64,000 bases of DNA from Thecamonas trahens ATCC 50062. Taxonomy: Eukaryota; Protista; Apusomonadida. The translations under genes and the position numbers were made by a program. The notes under the pieces were generated by a model, which searched no databases, was not told the DNA's origin, and saw only the letters and a program-made list of their open reading frames with translations. This document shows positions 49,678-62,730 of the stretch, one piece after another. Every line of letters starts with the position of its first letter. The stretch's first letter is position 1. The DNA lies in assembly GCF_000142905.1 (NCBI RefSeq), contig NW_013657622.1, forward strand, positions 1 to 64,000, in the 5' to 3' direction.

Positions 49678-50985
49678 ATGACCATGCCCACAGTATCCAA
49701 GGTCATTGTCCTCGCCCTCGCCCTCCGACTCGTCCTCGCCCTCACACCGCTGCCTGCGCTCCTTGCTCACCGACCCGAACTGGCCACTGTCCTCACCTCC
49801 TCCTACGCCGCCAAGGAAGCCGTCTCCATCACCACAAGCCCAAGCTCAAGCTCATCATGGTCAAGTTCATTGTGGGCAACTTTTTTTTCGTCGGGCACTT
49901 TGGATTCGGCATCCTTTTCTCCGCTCTCCGTTTTGTATTCGGGCAACTCGACGGCGCCTGTTCACTTTCCTCCGCTCCTCCTACTTGCGCTCAAAGGCCT
50001 CGCTGCAACTACATCGCCGTCTATGCCGGCTCTTCTCCCGCACTTTGCCCTCATTGCTCTTGCCTCGCTCGCCGATGTGGTGGCTGCTCTCGCTCTGGCT
50101 GACGCTGGCTCGCTCATGGTGGGTGTGGCTCTCTCGCCAGACCTCCTCGCTGCGCTCTATCTCCTCAACCCGCTCTCGCTCCTCACTGCTCTCGCCGGAT
50201 CGCTGGCGCCACTCTCCAATGCTGCCGTTGTTGTTGCTCTCGCTGCTGCACTTCGCCGCCGCGTCATCCTCGCCACCGCTGCTCTCGCCTCTGCCATCTA
50301 CCTCGCCGTCGCGCCGTACACGCTGGTCCTCGGCCTCGGCATGGTCCTCTCCAAGACGACCGGCATCTCGTGTGGGCGCGGCCTTGCCCTTGCCGCAGCC
50401 GGCACTGCCGCCTGGCTCGCCGTCTTTGCCCTCGCATCGACCGCGTTGGCATCGGGCTCGTGGGCCTGGCTCAAGGTAGCGTACGGACCTATCGTCGGCT
50501 TCTCGGCGCTCCGGCCCAACGTCGGCATCGGCTGGTACCTCCACACCGAAATGTTTGAGCACTTTCGCACCTTTTTCCAGGCCTGCTTCCATGGCTATGC
50601 CGCCATATTTGCCCTCCCGCTCACCCTCCGCTTCGCGGCCTCGCCCGTGTACCTCTACACGCTGCTCGCGGGCGTCGCCGCCACCTTTCGCCCCTATCCA
50701 CAGATGGCCGATATGGCCACGTACCTCGCCATTGCTGCCCTTCATGCCGCTCTTGTTCCGCGCATGCGCTACGCCTTTCTCACTCTCAACCTCATGATCT
50801 TTGCCTGTGCCGTCCTCTTCACCTTTTGGCGCGTCTGGGTCGTTCTCGAGGTCGGCAACGCCAACTTTCTCAACAACGCCAACCTTGTCTACTGCATGGC
50901 CAACGTCTGGTTCCTCCTCGACTTTGTCTACGCCAAGGCCGAGGCCGAGGCCACGATGGCGACTGCCTCGCCTCACAAAGCCTGA
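49678..50985 (+). CDS. PIGU: GPI transamidase subunit PIG-U (CDC91/GAB1)
   Basis: RPELAT, H.PPLLL, LYLLNPL, LRPNVGIGWYLHTEMFEHFRTFF, FRPYP..AD and GNANF. Confidence 0.92.
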   Translation: MTMPTVSKVIVLALALRLVLALTPLPALLAHRPELATVLTSSYAAKEAVSITTSPSSSSSWSSSLWATFFSSGTLDSASFSPLSVLYSGNSTAPVHFPPLLLLALKGLAATTSPSMPALLPHFALIALASLADVVAALALADAGSLMVGVALSPDLLAALYLLNPLSLLTALAGSLAPLSNAAVVVALAAALRRRVILATAALASAIYLAVAPYTLVLGLGMVLSKTTGISCGRGLALAAAGTAAWLAVFALASTALASGSWAWLKVAYGPIVGFSALRPNVGIGWYLHTEMFEHFRTFFQACFHGYAAIFALPLTLRFAASPVYLYTLLAGVAATFRPYPQMADMATYLAIAALHAALVPRMRYAFLTLNLMIFACAVLFTFWRVWVVLEVGNANFLNNANLVYCMANVWFLLDFVYAKAEAEATMATASPHKA

Positions 50986-50997
50986 GCTCGGCCCTGT

Positions 50998-53900
50998 TTA
51001 CGCTGTGCCTATCAGGTGCGACATCGAGCCCTCGCGCTCTAAAGGCGTGAGCTCGGTGCCCATCTCGTCGTCGTGGACCGGGTTGATCACCACGTCGTCA
51101 AAACCGGTCCACGAGTCCTGGCCCAATCGCAGCGCCTTGTGAGCATCGATGCCACCGTCGGTCGACTCGCCCACCTCCCACAGGCCGTCCGAGTTCTCCG
51201 CAAGCTCCATCCGTGACTCGACAAAGCCGACCATGGCCATGGTATCGTCATGGGTCGCAGGCGCCCCGCGCGTCTCGAACCACGTCCGTAGCGTGTCCCA
51301 GAACTCGTCGCGCCGAAAGGCCGGCAGTGCGTTCGGGTCGCCACCAGCCTTGTATAGCAGGTACATAAAGAGCAGCTCGCGGATGGCAGACGCCAGTAGG
51401 ATGACCATCGAGATAATGACAATGGCCAGCGTCACCGCGATCATCGCGTTGCGCGGCGCGCCACTCTCTAGCCGCTCCGAGTAAAACACCGAGCCGCAGA
51501 AAGAACCGCCCACACAGAGACGTTGAGTGCGAGCTCGAGCGAGTTGTGGATCGCCCGGTAGAACGGTTGGAGCTTGAGCTGGACCATGGCCGCCACAGAG
51601 AAGAGCGCCACAAGGAGGACGAGCTGGAAGAGAATCGTCGAGCCAAAGAAGAGCTGCAATACCACAAGGCTGAACTTCTTACCCGTCATCACAAGCTCCC
51701 AGTAGTAGAACTGGTCGATGTACAGCCGGTAGATCGAGCCAAACCGGACAAGCGAGGAGACTCGATCGAGCTTGTGCTTCCGAACAAAGAGAACAGAGGC
51801 AAAGAGCGCAGGGATGCCTACCACATACAGCAGCGTCCCGGCTGCTGCCACCGGAAACATCTCCCACCACTCGTTATCGTAGCAGTAGAGCCCGGCGTTG
51901 CCGGTCATGTGCCACTTGCCGTCCTCGCGCTTGATGCACGAAAAGTGCGAGAGCGTCGACCGCGTCAGCGAGATGTACAAGAATGGCAGCGCCGTAAAGA
52001 CCGTCGCCACAGAGATCTTGCGGTTGAAGAACTGCAGTTGCTCCGCGTCCCACACGCCCGGCGAGCCAGCCCGCAGCGAGGCATACACGTTGACGATACC
52101 AAAGACCATAGCCATGACCCCGCCCAGAATGAGCGGTACGCCCATGACCAGCATGTACTTGCTCGCGTATGACGACTCGACCGAGCACTCGGGCGCAAAG
52201 AACTCGATGTTAAAGTTGACGACCGAGAACGAGAGCAGGAACGACGAGACCGAGGATGGCCACTCGGCCTTGAGCTCGCCAAGCAGCGCCAGGATCTGCA
52301 TGTACGTGATGCCGGCGCCAATAGACGCCAGCGACCATGTCGTGCGCCGGTTCCGCCGGTCCTTGGTCATCCGCCGCGCCATCAGCACCGACACAATGGT
52401 GAACGCGAGGCACGCCAGCACCAGCAGCACCACAAAGACCACAAGCAGCCAGGAGTGGCCCTGCGGACACGCCTCACACCGCCCGTTGACCTTGTAGTAG
52501 CCCTCGATGCAGACGCCGCAAGCAAAGCCAGCGTAGCCTGGCGCGCACGGCGAGTTCATCCCGCCCAGACACGCATCCTCCGGATCGCACCGGATGAACG
52601 ATGTCACATCAACCTGGAACGCGCCTTTGGCCGCACGCGGCAAAGCCGTTCCGCCAGGGCACTCGGCAAAAGGCATGCACGCCTCGCACGCCACCCCACC
52701 GCCAGTCAGAGAGTAGAACCCGGGCGTGCAAACGCAGGCGACAATCGACGACGAGTTAGTCGACGTCGTCGTGGTAAACGCCGGGCAGCTGGTGCATCCG
52801 GCGGCGTTGATACTGTCCGAGTACTCACCGGGTGCGCAGATGAGACACGGCCCAGTCTCGGTCTGGGCGTATGTGCCTGGCCGGCACGACGCGAGCATCG
52901 TCACCGTTGTCGAGAAGGCCAGCTGCGCGTCGAGCGTCACCGTCAGTGTGTACGTCCCAGGTTCGGTTGGCGTGTACGTCGCCACATACAGTCCGTCACC
53001 CTCGTACCGCACCTGTATGTCCGATACCACAATCGACGTTCCAATAACCGTCAGTGCCATCCCGGACCCCAGCTCGCTCGCCACCGTCACGTTGTTGCCA
53101 AACGTATCGCGCGCCTGGGCGTACACATCGAGCGGCTCGCCGACCACAGCCCCAGCAGCAAGTGGATCGGTGCCCACGCCCCACACCAGCGAGTTGATCC
53201 CGTCCAAAACGTCTGGAAAGACTTCAAACGTCTGTCCAGAGCCCTGGATCACACCCGAGCCAGCAATGGTCGACACTGCGCGATACCGTCCCACAGTCGT
53301 GAGCCAGCTCAGCCTGCTGTGGTAAAGCCCGGTCGTCGTCGAGTGAGTCGCGTTGTCGCGCCCAACAAACCCAGGCAGCTGCGACGGCTCGCCACCAGAC
53401 TGCAGAAAGCCGAATACTTCTGGAAGCGAGAGCGAGTCTGCTTCAGTCATGACCACAACATGGACTTTGTCACCGCCAAGCCGCCGAAGCACGTCTTGAT
53501 CGTCGACCACCGCCAAGCGAATCTCGCTCTCGGCACCAGCACCGGCCCGGCGGGACCTTGGGAAGGCGTCCACATACGAGCGGTTGGTATTGCCGGCGCT
53601 GGTAGTGACAAACGGAAGGAAGGCGCCGTGTGGCGTGCCCGCAAAGCTGGCAAACGGCGCACCCACAACTACCGCTCCCTCGAGCATGGCTACCGATACG
53701 CCAAAGAGCGAAAGCCGGACTTCGGAGAGATCAAAGTTGACCGGTGTGTCCGGCTCCTCGCGCGGGATTCGAAACTGTGGTGGAATGCCAAGCTCCTTGA
53801 TTCGCAGCCACGTGCCCACCCCCGATGGGGTCTGCCAGACCTGCGGCGGCGCGACGGGGGGTGGCGGCGAGGAGTCGATCGGCGCCGGTGGCGGTGACGG

Positions 53901-55193
53901 AGCTGGCGGCGGCGGCGACGGCGGCGGCGGGACTGCAAAGCCAGCCACCGGAGAGCTCGAAAGGCTCGTCCGCTCGTACAGATGGCCATAACCCTGGTAG
54001 TTGTTGGCGAGTATTGAGAAGATCGCCATGGTCCCATTCCGCATCCGCAGGTTGTGGCCAAAGAGGTCGCCCGGCTGCGCACCTGGGTACTCGATGAGCG
54101 CGTCAAACATCCAATCACCTGCGGTCTCGTTCCACATGTAGGTGGCCACCGCGCCGCGAGAGGACCGCCATGAGAGCAGCGAGGCCGCAAGCGTGACGGG
54201 GCTCGATGCGCCAGAGTCAGCCGCCAGCGCGTCGATGCCGACAACTTGTCCGGCCAGATACACGCCTGAGTATTCGGGCGAGTCGAGCGTGAGCGTCGAG
54301 TGCAGCTCATACTCGTTCGAGGTCTCGTTGAACTCGTAAACGACCACTCCTCCGAGAAGACCACCAAAGTAAGGCCTGCCAACCGCCAGTAGGTTACCTG
54401 ATACCGCCAATGCCGCGCCAAATCCGTCCTTGTAGCCGGACGGCGAGCTGTGTGCCGCGTGAACGTACCACGTTCCGTGGCTGCTCGCGTTGTGGCGGAT
54501 CTCATAGACTCGCGCATTGGAGCCGTCACCGATGAACACGATGCCGCGGTCGTCGACCTCGAGCGCCTTGCCAAAGTTGTCCGAGACCAGGTCGATGTCG
54601 CCAAACAACGCGGCCATGACGGTCGAGTTAAACTCTGCCACCATGGTAAAGGTGTCGGGATCAACGAGGCCACGCTGAAAGATGAAGACGGCCTCGGTGG
54701 GCGGCTCCAGCTTGGCCACACTGTCGTCCATGTCCGACGAGACAACGACAAAGCTTCCAGCCACTAGCGAGCTCCTGCATCTTGCGCCAAAGCGGTACTT
54801 TGGCTGATCCAAGCCGTAAGTTTGCGGAGGCGGAGCGATGTGCTTCAGAGTAACATCATCACTCTTGCCTGTCTGATTGACACCAGCATAGATGAGAAGG
54901 ACCGTGCCCGAGGTAGTCACATCATTGCGATCTTGATAGGCACCAATGGCGATAAGAAGATTCTTTTCGTCGTCCACTTTGCCCGACGCCGTCAAACAGC
55001 TTCCCATTCCCGAGTTAGTATCCGCCACCAAACCGCCAGCAAAGCCAAAGACCACGTTCTCCAGCTCGCCGCGGTACGTCATCACAGGTTCGTCCAGCGC
55101 CGCCGCCGAGCTTGGTGCGAGCAACATGCTGGTGCTGACCATAGCGAGTACAAAAAAAAGAACAAAAGGTATGCGCAACATGGTAGTGCCCAT
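50998..55193 (-). CDS. Large surface protein: signal peptide, FG-GAP propeller repeats, Pro-rich insert, filamin-type Ig repeats, Cys-rich (GCC2/3-like) repeats, multi-pass TM region; one -1 break at 51500-02
   Basis: FGAALAVSGNLLAVGRP, FGVSVAMLEGAVVVGAP, QARDTFGN..GDGLYVATYTPTEPGTYTL, CRPGTY..C..CAPGEY, CAPGYAGFACGVCIEGYY and YYWELVMTGKK. Confidence 0.85.
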
Positions 55194-55381
55194 GGATATG
55201 TGTTGAAAGGGGGTGGGGGGGTGGGGGGGGGGGCCGCTAAACCTAACTTTTTTTTCTTCTTCAAAATCGTAAACCTATTCTTTGCCGTAGGGGGACACCC
55301 TCACCTTAATCTTTATTTTTTTTTTTTGCTGTTGTTTTTTTTTGTTGGGTGGTTTTTTCTTTTTTTTTTATTTTTTTTTTT

Positions 55382-55418
<37 letters not shown>

Positions 55419-55496
55419 CTTTTTGCTACTCCCTCACCCTCATTTTAAAAATAATCCTTAATCTAATCCTAAAATAACCAAAAAATTTTTTTTTTG

Positions 55497-55596
55497 NNNN
55501 NNNNNNNNNNNNNNNNNNNNNNNNNNNNNNNNNNNNNNNNNNNNNNNNNNNNNNNNNNNNNNNNNNNNNNNNNNNNNNNNNNNNNNNNNNNNNNNN
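55497..55596. other. Assembly gap (100 N) flanked by poly-T and (TA)n low-complexity DNA
   Basis: Run of N; T-rich 55310-55425; (TA)n ~55735-55880. Confidence 0.99.
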
Positions 55597-55789
55597 GTGG
55601 ATGTAACATATACAGACACATACATAAGTAAAAAAAAAAATAAAAAAAAAAACAAATATATATATATAGACAGAGATGCTGTTGAGGTGTCTATATAGAG
55701 ATACCGAACAGATATATAGACAGGACAGACATATACAGATATATATATAGATATATATATATAGATATATATTATATAGATATATATAT

Positions 55790-55858
<69 letters not shown>

Positions 55859-56197
55859 TAGATACATATATATATATAGATATAGGTGAACACAAATATA
55901 CAAAAAACGACTGTTCGGCCGCCTGTTGTCTGCTGGCCAACGCAACGTTTTGCTTCGGTTGGGAGGGGGGGGGGGGGGTAGTGGTGATGATGATGATGGT
56001 AGTCATGGCAGTGATTATGGCTATTTGCAGAAGATGTCGTGATACTCATGCCTCTCTCTCGCTCTCTCTCTCTGGCAATCCTGATGATCATGACTATCCT
56101 GGCTACGTCTTGGACAGTCGCCATGACGATCACGTCCACACTCGTTCGGTGGCCAGCCATCACTGGCCATGCGATGGCCTGGCTGTAGCTGCGTTGC

Positions 56198-59100
56198 TCA
56201 AAACGGCGAACGACACATAGGGCAAGACGAGTTGCCGCCCTCGGCAAACCAGGTGTAGAGGCAGGCGGCATGGAACTTCTGCTTGCACACCGAGCAAGGC
56301 ATCGAGGGCAGCGAGTGGTTGCCAAAGTGCAGGACGTAGTAGCAGATGGGGCACTCGTCGACGCCCTCGAACCGCCGCGCGAGCGAGGACTTCCAGTGGA
56401 GGACAACCTGTGTCAACGACGCCAGCTGGGTGTCGAGCATGGCCCGGAGCGAGAGCATCCACCGCCGCCACTGCGACTTGGCAATGCCCTTGTGCGCTCC
56501 GGCGGCCTCGATGACCACAGGCTGGAGCGGGTACGCCTCGGGCAGGCTGAGCGTGAGCCCGACTTCCATCTCGTCAATTTCATACCGCGCGTTGACCACG
56601 CCCTTGCTCCGTGCCACCGTTACCTTGAGCGCGTCGGCCTCCTGCACCTCGCGCGAGGCGACCACCTCGTCCATAGCTGCCCCGATGAGGACCGGCGAGA
56701 TGCGCCGCGCCACAAAGGCGAGGATCGCACCCTGATCCTCGCGCGAGCACCCGGTCCACCAGTCGCGCACAATCCGCGGCACAAGGACAAGCGTCTCCAC
56801 AAACCGCCCGGCCGCGTACTCGAGCACCGCGCTTGATGTGTACGCCACCTCGCCCGCGCTCACCACGCGGGCCGCCGCCACAGCCTCCGACGACCGCGCC
56901 GCCGACGAGGTGCTCAGCGCCGCAAATGCGAGGGAGAGCGAGAGCCGGACAGAGCCCGAAAACGCGCCGAGGACATCGGTAACGTGCCGCCGCTGCCGCT
57001 CCGACGAGTCGGCCGCATTGGCGTGGTCGAGCACCAGCTGCCACGCCAGCAGCTGTCCGAGCAGCGCCGCCCGCTGGCCAGAGCCCCAAACCTCGCGGGC
57101 CGTCACCAGCCGCGACATCACGCCGCGCCCGATCTCCACCACAAGCTTGCCCGATGCCAGCGCTGACGAGACCTCGTGGTCCGGCGCGTCGACCCACGCT
57201 GCCTCGGCCGCCTTGCCTAGCGCCGTCATGTCCACCACCAGCCGCGACGCCACTGAGTATACCGCCTTGAGCGCCTCAAACGCCGCCAAGCTCGTTCCTT
57301 CGCGGTCCTCGCCGCGCCGGAGGCCAAAGATAACGTCTGCCTTGCGCGCAAACACTGCCGCTGCCTCCCAACCCATCGCCGCCACCAGTGAGCCCGGCCC
57401 GCGCTCGCCGAGCACGCCGGCAAGCCCAGCATTGACCGCGGGCAGCAGCGGGACGTACTGCAGCGCGTCGTCGGCCAGCGCCACCTTACGCACCTTGCGC
57501 AGCAGTCGCAGCCCGGCGCCAAGCATGCCCTGCGCCCACGCCTGGTATCCGGCCTCGCCCGTCTCGCCCACGCGCCGCGCATACGAGGTGTACCGCGCCA
57601 CCGCCTTCCACGTCGCCGAAGCCTCCACCTCGGCGCTTGCCAGCACGCTCTGGATCCGCTCGTGGCTGCTGCCGAGGAGCTTGAACTCGCCGAGGCACCC
57701 GAGGAGGCCCGCCAGCAGCGCCGGTGCCTGTACATTGTCCACATGCGCGAGGCAGAGGTCCGCCAGTCCGCTGCCCACCACCGGCGGAAGGTCCGCGGTG
57801 AGGAGCCCGTGCGCGAGGACGTGACTCGCAGCGCAATGTCCTCCGCCAGCCACCGCTGCAAAGAGCGGCTCCGCCACCGCTGCCCGGAACGCCTCGGCCT
57901 CACGAGTGGAGCCCACCGTCTCGGCCACAAAGCCGATGACAGCAGTAAGGACCCGCGTGGCGCCCGCACTCGCCAGCGCGCCGTCCACTGAGCCCTTGAG
58001 CTCGACCCAGGCCACGCCGCATGTCGTCAGCATCTTCTTGGCTGCCGCCACAGACTCGCCTGACGCCAGCGCCCGCCCGAGGTGGTCCTGCACGAGCACC
58101 GCCGCCAGCGCTGCGCGCAGTGGCACCGCGTCGCTCCGCGCCGCCTCTAGCAGAGCCGCCACCACGCCTGCCGCGTCGTCCGCCGCCAGAGCGCCCAGCC
58201 CCCGCTCGCCCACCAGCCGCGCCACTGCCACTGCTGCGGCCTCGGTCACCGCCTCGGACTCGCCGGCCGCAGACGCCGTCTCCGAGCACGACTCGAGCAC
58301 AAGGTCCGGTCGCCGGCCCTTGGATCCCGGTCCGGTCAGCGCCATTGCCTCGGTCGGCGCCGGCGTGTACTCGATCACCGCCTCGCCTCGCTCCTCAAAC
58401 CAGGCCGCTGCCGCCGTGTGTAGCCGCGAGAGCGTGAGGAACGTCACATACCGCCCGCCAAGCTCGATCTTGTCGGTCGCTTCGGAGAACACCATCTCAA
58501 ACGAGAGCATCCGCGTGAGCTCCGAGACCAGGACCAGCCGCCACGAGAGCGCCACATACGCTGCGGCGGCCTCTTCGTACGCCACGCTCCCGGGTTTGCC
58601 CAAGCCAGGCACCGCGTCGGGTGCCCACAGCGCGCCCGACGCCCCGACGGCCGAATACGCCACCAGCGCCTCGAGGCCCATCTCTGCCGGCCAGTCTGCG
58701 TGAGCACGTCGAGCGTCGCCTTGCACCGCAGCAGCGCCACCAGCTGGAACACCAGATCCGCTGCCCGGAACGGCGTCAGCCACTCGCTCGCAGCCACATC
58801 GTGCGGCAGCATCCGCGCTGCCACCGCGCTCGCCGCCCGCGCCGAGTACGCCTCCCACACAGCCAGCACCAGGCTCGCCATAAACTCGTCACAGAGCCCG
58901 GCGCCGCCAAACAGCACCTCCCACGCCTGCGCCACCGCGTTAGCCACGGGATGGTCGTGAACTGCCCGGAACCAGAACAGCGACGAGCCGAGCGCCTGGC
59001 GCCCGTCCGCGTCGAGCTCGGCAGCAACCTCGGCTGCAGGCACGCTGGCAAACACCGACAGGCTCGCCTCGAGCATTGAGCACGCTTCGCCCGCCGGCGC

Positions 59101-61383
59101 CGAGCTGAGGAGCGCCGCCTCGGCTGCACGCGCCACTGTCACCACCCGCGCCACCCAGCCCGCGCGCACCGCGGCGGTGACAGCAGGCGCGATGCTCGTC
59201 GCCAGCGTGCGGACCGCACTCGCCACCGGGGGCTCGCCCGTCCCCTCGGCTGCAGCTGCGAGCATGTCGTCAACCACGCCGCTGACCCGGTCCACGACGC
59301 CCACAGGCAGCGCGCCGCTCGGTGCCGCAGACACCACCGCCGCCCATGCCGCCATCGAGCCGGCGGTGGCATCCAGCAGCGCGGTGAGCGTTGCCTCGGG
59401 ATCGGCGGCAATGTACAGCTTAAAGGCCGGCAGAAAGGTAGCCAGAGCGGCTTTTGCGCCTGCTGCCGACACCTCGGCAGCAAACGGCTCCCAAAGCCAG
59501 GTACCGTCGCGGAGCGACGGATCGAGCTCGTCGAGCGTGACCAGGCCCGAGGACAGAACCCGCGCCAGCAGCGCTGTCGACGCCATCGGGTCTGCGCCGG
59601 TGTCCGCGGCGAGCGCTGCAAGGAGCGAGCGGGCAAAGATGCCTGCCGCGTTGGCCGCGCCGGCCTCGGCGCCTCCCGTGACCACGACCACAGACGCAGC
59701 CCGGACTGACGCATCGCCCAGCCGCGGTCGCCAGCTCGCGTCCACCACCTCTTGCCAGCCCAGCATCAGGTCTGGGTCACGCTCAATCATTCGCAGCAGC
59801 CGCAGCAGCGCCGAGACGACCGACTCTGGAAGTGCAGCCGCAGTCTCTGCTTTGGCCTCGGCCGGGAAGGCCAGGTCAAGCCAGGGGCCCAGCACCTCGC
59901 CCACACTCACCAGCGATCGCGAGAGCAGCAGCGCCGCCACCTCGAGGTAAGCCACCTCGAGCGGGACCGGCGCGTCGCGGCCGTGGCCGGGTGCGGCGGC
60001 GGCACCTGCCAGGATCGCCGGAAGCAGCGCCGTCGAAACCAAGTCGCCGCCTAGCGGCGAGACCACCGCTGCAAACGGGAGCAGGACCGGGATGGTTGCG
60101 CCTAGCGCTCCCGACCCGCCGCTCGCCAGGTACGGCACCACATGCGTTGTGATAAAGGCGTCGATGTCAAGCGCGGTGGCGGTGGCACCAGCGTCCGTTG
60201 ACAGCGCCGCCAGCAGCGCATCCCACATCGGCGGGAGCTTGCGGACCACAAGCGGCGGGCGAAAGGCATCAGCGAAGAGTGCCGCGTGCGGAAGGACAAA
60301 CGAGGCCAGTGTGTCTGGGAGCGACGTCGCCAGCGCCCGCATCAGCTTGTAAACCGCCGGCAGGCCGGCGTCTGGGACAGCGGCAAAGAGCTCCGGGACG
60401 CGGTTGGCGGCAAGGTACGACGGGAGGTCGACCTTGGCCAGCGTCTCGGCGTCGGCCAGGTCGACGAAGACCGCCAGCGCCGACAGCGACGCCGCCTGCA
60501 GCGCCTGCAGCCGCTCGGCGCCGGCCTGGCGCGACGTCGGCACCAGCGCCAACAGCGAGTCCAGATCCAGAGTCAGGTTGTACCCGAGGAAGGCCAAGAG
60601 GGCCTTGGCGGTGAACTTCATGGCCGGGGCGCGCTTTGCGGGCGCAAAGGCGGCATCAAAGGCGACCTTGGCCGCGCTCGCCACCTCGTGCGAAGCATCG
60701 CCGAGCGCGCACAGCCACGGGCCCATCAGCGGGCGGATGACCTTGGCCAGGCTCGGCCCAGCAGCGTCGACAACGTCAACTAGCGTCTGATTGAGCTGCA
60801 GGCGGACAGCCCGCGAGTCATCGATGTACAGCTTGAGATAGACGTCGGTCCACGCCGCCAGCAGCGCTTCCATCCTTGCCTTGGCCGATGCCTTGTCCTT
60901 GTGGATCCTCACGCCTGAAGAGGCCGTCACCTTGGTCGTCGTCTTGCTCGACGTGGTGGACTTGCTGGCCGCCACATGATCGGCAGCGGTGTAGAAGAGC
61001 GGGCCGATGGCACGGAGGCCCTTGACCATGGTACCCTTGTCCTTCTTGGCCACCTTTGAGAAGACGACCTTGTCCTCGGGAGAGAGACCCTGCACAGCGA
61101 CCGAATGGAGCAATGAGCCTACACGAGGAATGCTTGCACCCGAATTATTTCCGCCATTGCCATTGCCCGAACCGCCACTTTGGGAAGAGCCAGCCATACC
61201 ACCGCCTCCACCACGTTCTCCTCCTCCTCCGCCTCCTCCGCCTCCTCCACCAACACCGCTAACTCCTCCTCCTCCGCCGACTCGGCCGACTCGTGCCAGA
61301 CTCGCTCCGCTGCTCCGTCCGCCACCAAATCCAATGAAACCTGTGCCTGTCTTGGCTATCTTCTTCTTGGCCCGACGTGCCAT
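56198..61383 (-). CDS. LTN1: Listerin E3 ubiquitin ligase (ribosome quality control); one -1 break at ~58720
   Basis: N-terminal GFIGFGG..KVAKKDKGTMVKGL..YLKLYIDDSRAVR. C-terminal RWD (LPEAYPLQP) and RING ECPICYYVLH..C..CKQKFHAACLYTWF..SSCPMCRSPF. Confidence 0.95.
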
Positions 61384-62610
61384 GCTTGGCGGAAGGGGAA
61401 GGGCGAGCGAGAGGAGTATTACGCTTCTTCGTCTTGTCCTTCACCTCGTCGTCCGACTCGCCAGCTTGGCAGGTCGCGGGATGGGATCGGGTCGAATGCG
61501 TTCGGATGCGGTTCCGAGGGGAGGTGGGGGGTGGGGGGTGGTATAGCAAAAAATTGTTGGTACAGATTGGGTTGGCTACTAGGTTGAGTGCATGTGCATG
61601 TGATGGGGGGGGCAACGCGGCTCGACTTGGTTGGGTGCTTCGGCTTGATTGTTAAGGGATACTGTCAGCGTCGCGATCGTCGATGCTGTGGCCGCTCGGA
61701 GGCTCGAGCAGACCAGACAGTCCGGAGCGGGATGAATCGACTCGTTAATTTTATGATCAAGCGAGAGCTGTGGCCGCATCACTCACATCCCGATCATGAC
61801 GCAGTCAGCGCCCGATCTGCAACATGCGTGGTTGTCTGCGCCTGCAGACACGTTTGGGATGGTTGTAAAGGAGCGTCTGGATCGGATGCGGACACCCTTC
61901 TTTGGCTATAATGAGCGCACTAGCTCGCGTAGCTCACCAGTGCAAGTCTCCAGCACCTGCCGCCCGACCGACGCCTGCCAGCATGGTCTCCGCCCAACAG
62001 CATGCTCGCTCTCGCCCCAAGTACTTGCTCGGTGTGCCCCCGTACACCTCCTTCACTACATGCCGCACGTGCTGACGTTCAGCAGCAGCACGTGCGTGGA
62101 AGGGATCTAAAAATTCTCAAGAACTTGCCTAGCCGCCCTCCCTTGTCCCCTACACCCTCCCTGCAGTCATGGTCACATCTCGTCCCAGACACGCCACCGT
62201 ATACTACTTTCTACTCTATAAGAAGTTTATGCGTACTCTGATCGGGAGCACAGTTGCCGTGACGCGTCCGTGCGTGGCATAGGGCAGGATGCACGGATGT
62301 GGGCGGGGCTTGGAAAAAGCGAAAAAAATATATGTCCGAAACAGCCGAGATGGCGACCTCGTGGACTGGAGAAGCGGTGGCCGACGGGGGGAGGAGGCGG
62401 GGGGAGGACTTTGGAGAGGTGGGACACCCCACTCCATCCCCACCACGGGACACCAACCCGAGTACCGCATACTGTACTTGTAGTTGACTACATTGGGAAG
62501 ATGGTACGTTCATAGCTGCTTCCATGCCTGTGGTTGAGGTCTGGGAACGTGGCCTTGGGAGGGGGAGGGGGCGAGGAGGCGGCGATGGGCGGAAGCTGGT
62601 GATCATGGAC

Positions 62611-62660
62611 GAACGAACGAACGAACGAACGAACGAACGAACGAACGAACGAACGAACGA
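62611..62660. repeat. (GAAC)12 microsatellite
   Basis: Direct reading of the sequence. Confidence 0.95.
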
Positions 62661-62730
62661 TTGGCGACGTCTTTGATCATTCTCTCGATAACATGATCGA
62701 TACGTGTCCCAACGATTATTTTCTCAACAA

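Noticed and set aside
55426-56006. ORFs with YI/IY repeats spanning the gap
   Set aside because: They are translations of the (TA)n microsatellite and the Ns.
33377-61383. Pseudogene calls for VPS13, LTN1 and other frameshifted genes
   Set aside because: Catalytic and structural motifs are intact, there are no in-frame nonsense codons after repair, and the single-base deficits are uniform. This points to sequence error, not decay.
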